From positions 211,175-275,174 of the forward strand of contig NW_026515636.1 in the NCBI RefSeq assembly GCF_000738915.1: 64,000 bases of DNA, written 5' to 3'. The stretch is from Nematocida ausubeli. Taxonomy: Eukaryota. The stretch's first letter is position 1. Each line of letters opens with the position of its first letter. Of this stretch, positions 62,657 to 64,000 are shown piece after piece. Position numbers and translations under genes: made by a program. The notes under the pieces were generated by a model that had not been told where the DNA came from, did no database searches, and saw nothing but the letters and a program-made list of their open reading frames with translations.

Positions 62657-63107
62657 GTTTTTGTGAGATGAAAAATTAATAAAATGCATTACCTGCTGAT
62701 GGACTGGATTGAGTATAGGGGAGTGCACAGAGGGCGGGGATGTGCTGTGGGAAGACAGTATGTTGGAGGATGCGCATTTTTATTGGTTTATTAGGGGTCT
62801 TCATAATTATCTTTTAAAAATTTCAGCTATAACCACATTCCCACCGGATTAAACCCCATATATTATGCAGAGTGTGCTTGCCATGCATAAATATCCAGGT
62901 GGGTTTGCTTCTTGTTGTACTATTGCATGTCTTAGGGTGGCTTATATTTTACCTAAAATTCACTCAAGCCTCCTAAATATTCAATCTCACACGATAGAAC
63001 TCGGCAAGATTCCTCCAAAATGAATTTTACCTGGAATTATCTCCTTCAAATATCCTGGCATATTAAGTCTATCACCGTGCTATTTATATTTCAAATATTA
63101 ATTTTCC

Positions 63108-63917
63108 ATGAATGAAAGGATAATAAATAAAAGCGGAAATAAGAACTGCATCCTCTGCGGAAATAAAAACCCAAGCTGGGGCTGCCTGCCTTTCGCCATA
63201 CTAGCATGCACAAAGTGCGCAGGCGGCATAAGAGAACTAGGAACAAGCGTATGCTCCGTAAAGTCACTCCTTCTCGATGAAGTTGACGACGACTTCTTGC
63301 ACCCCTTCATAACAGGCAGCAATTCCCTCTTCCTGGACTGGTACGCAAAGAAGTCAAAGGAAGACCTAAAGCCAGCCTTCTTTAAGACAGCACTCGCAAA
63401 AGAATACGCAAAAGACCTGAAAGAAGGGAAAATAAAAGAGAAAACCATCACAAGCGCACCCACCCTCAAGAATACCCCACTAGACCAGACTAAAAAGACC
63501 CAAAGGAAGTCAAAACTCAAATTCCTCACAGAAAATGACGCAGGCAGTGATGAAGAACCAGAAGAAAGAGAAGAAAAACAAGAAGAAAGACAAGAAGAAA
63601 TCTTAAAGAAAAAGACAATCAGAAGAGTACCAGGCAGGATACAAACAGATGATGCAAGTGCCATCTCCAGATTAGGCATGTTCAAGAACGTAAAGGACAT
63701 GACAAAACAGACAGAAGAATCTACCCTAGCAAAGCAAACAGGAAGAAATAATTCACGCGTCATAACAGATGACCCACAGAATGAAACAAAACAAGAAATA
63801 GTTAAAGGAAAGAACTTTATTGGGAGTGCAGATGCACCAAAGGAAACTGTGACAGACCGCCTTAAGAATAGCCTGGAGAAAGGGAAGAATACACTTTTAA
63901 ATACATTCAAAAAATAA
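63108..63917 (+). CDS. ArfGAP-domain protein (Glo3/Gcs1-like)
   Basis: NKNCILCGNKNPSWGCLPFAILACTKCAGGIRELG...VKS is the CxxC-x16-CxxC-x4-R motif; the catalytic Arg is retained. Confidence 0.85.
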   Translation: MNERIINKSGNKNCILCGNKNPSWGCLPFAILACTKCAGGIRELGTSVCSVKSLLLDEVDDDFLHPFITGSNSLFLDWYAKKSKEDLKPAFFKTALAKEYAKDLKEGKIKEKTITSAPTLKNTPLDQTKKTQRKSKLKFLTENDAGSDEEPEEREEKQEERQEEILKKKTIRRVPGRIQTDDASAISRLGMFKNVKDMTKQTEESTLAKQTGRNNSRVITDDPQNETKQEIVKGKNFIGSADAPKETVTDRLKNSLEKGKNTLLNTFKK

Positions 63918-64000
63918 ACCAACTTCACTGAAAATTACTTCTCATTTACGCCCAGATTCTTTAAGACTCTTTCCCTAAGTGACATATACTCGGTTATAAG

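Overview
Eukaryotic, AT-rich, apparently intron-free genomic DNA with compact, divergent housekeeping genes. This is the pattern of a microsporidian, most likely Nematocida-like (inferred from AAATTT/CCC start-codon contexts and a Nematocida-type secreted family gene). Recognisable genes: gamma-tubulin complex component, Sec31, Utp18, Trm2, Doa10/MARCH6-like RINGv ligase, SMARCAL1-like SNF2 ATPase, a BRCT protein, FTase/GGTase-I alpha, a Sec5-like exocyst subunit, Utp6, GPN3, dCMP deaminase, Mpe1, Rpc1, a choline-transporter-like protein, a B-box protein, Rpc4/Rpc53-like, Ebp2-like, Rpt5, tRNA-Leu(AAG), Mtr4 and an ArfGAP. Several lineage-specific secreted or membrane proteins are also present. 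The most unusual signals are non-genic: (1) a dispersed, clustered ~21-nt-period repeat with core GTGGATTAAGTC(C/T)TG, restricted to two regions and also captured in frame inside a tail-anchored protein; (2) a second family (AATATAGACTAA/ACTAGTCTACTA) and an over-represented TAACCCGA motif that also enter coding sequence; (3) three head-to-head gene pairs with only 13-16 bp between their ATGs, each spanning an AAATTT; (4) candidate structured RNAs. All product calls come from motif recognition by eye; no database search was run.
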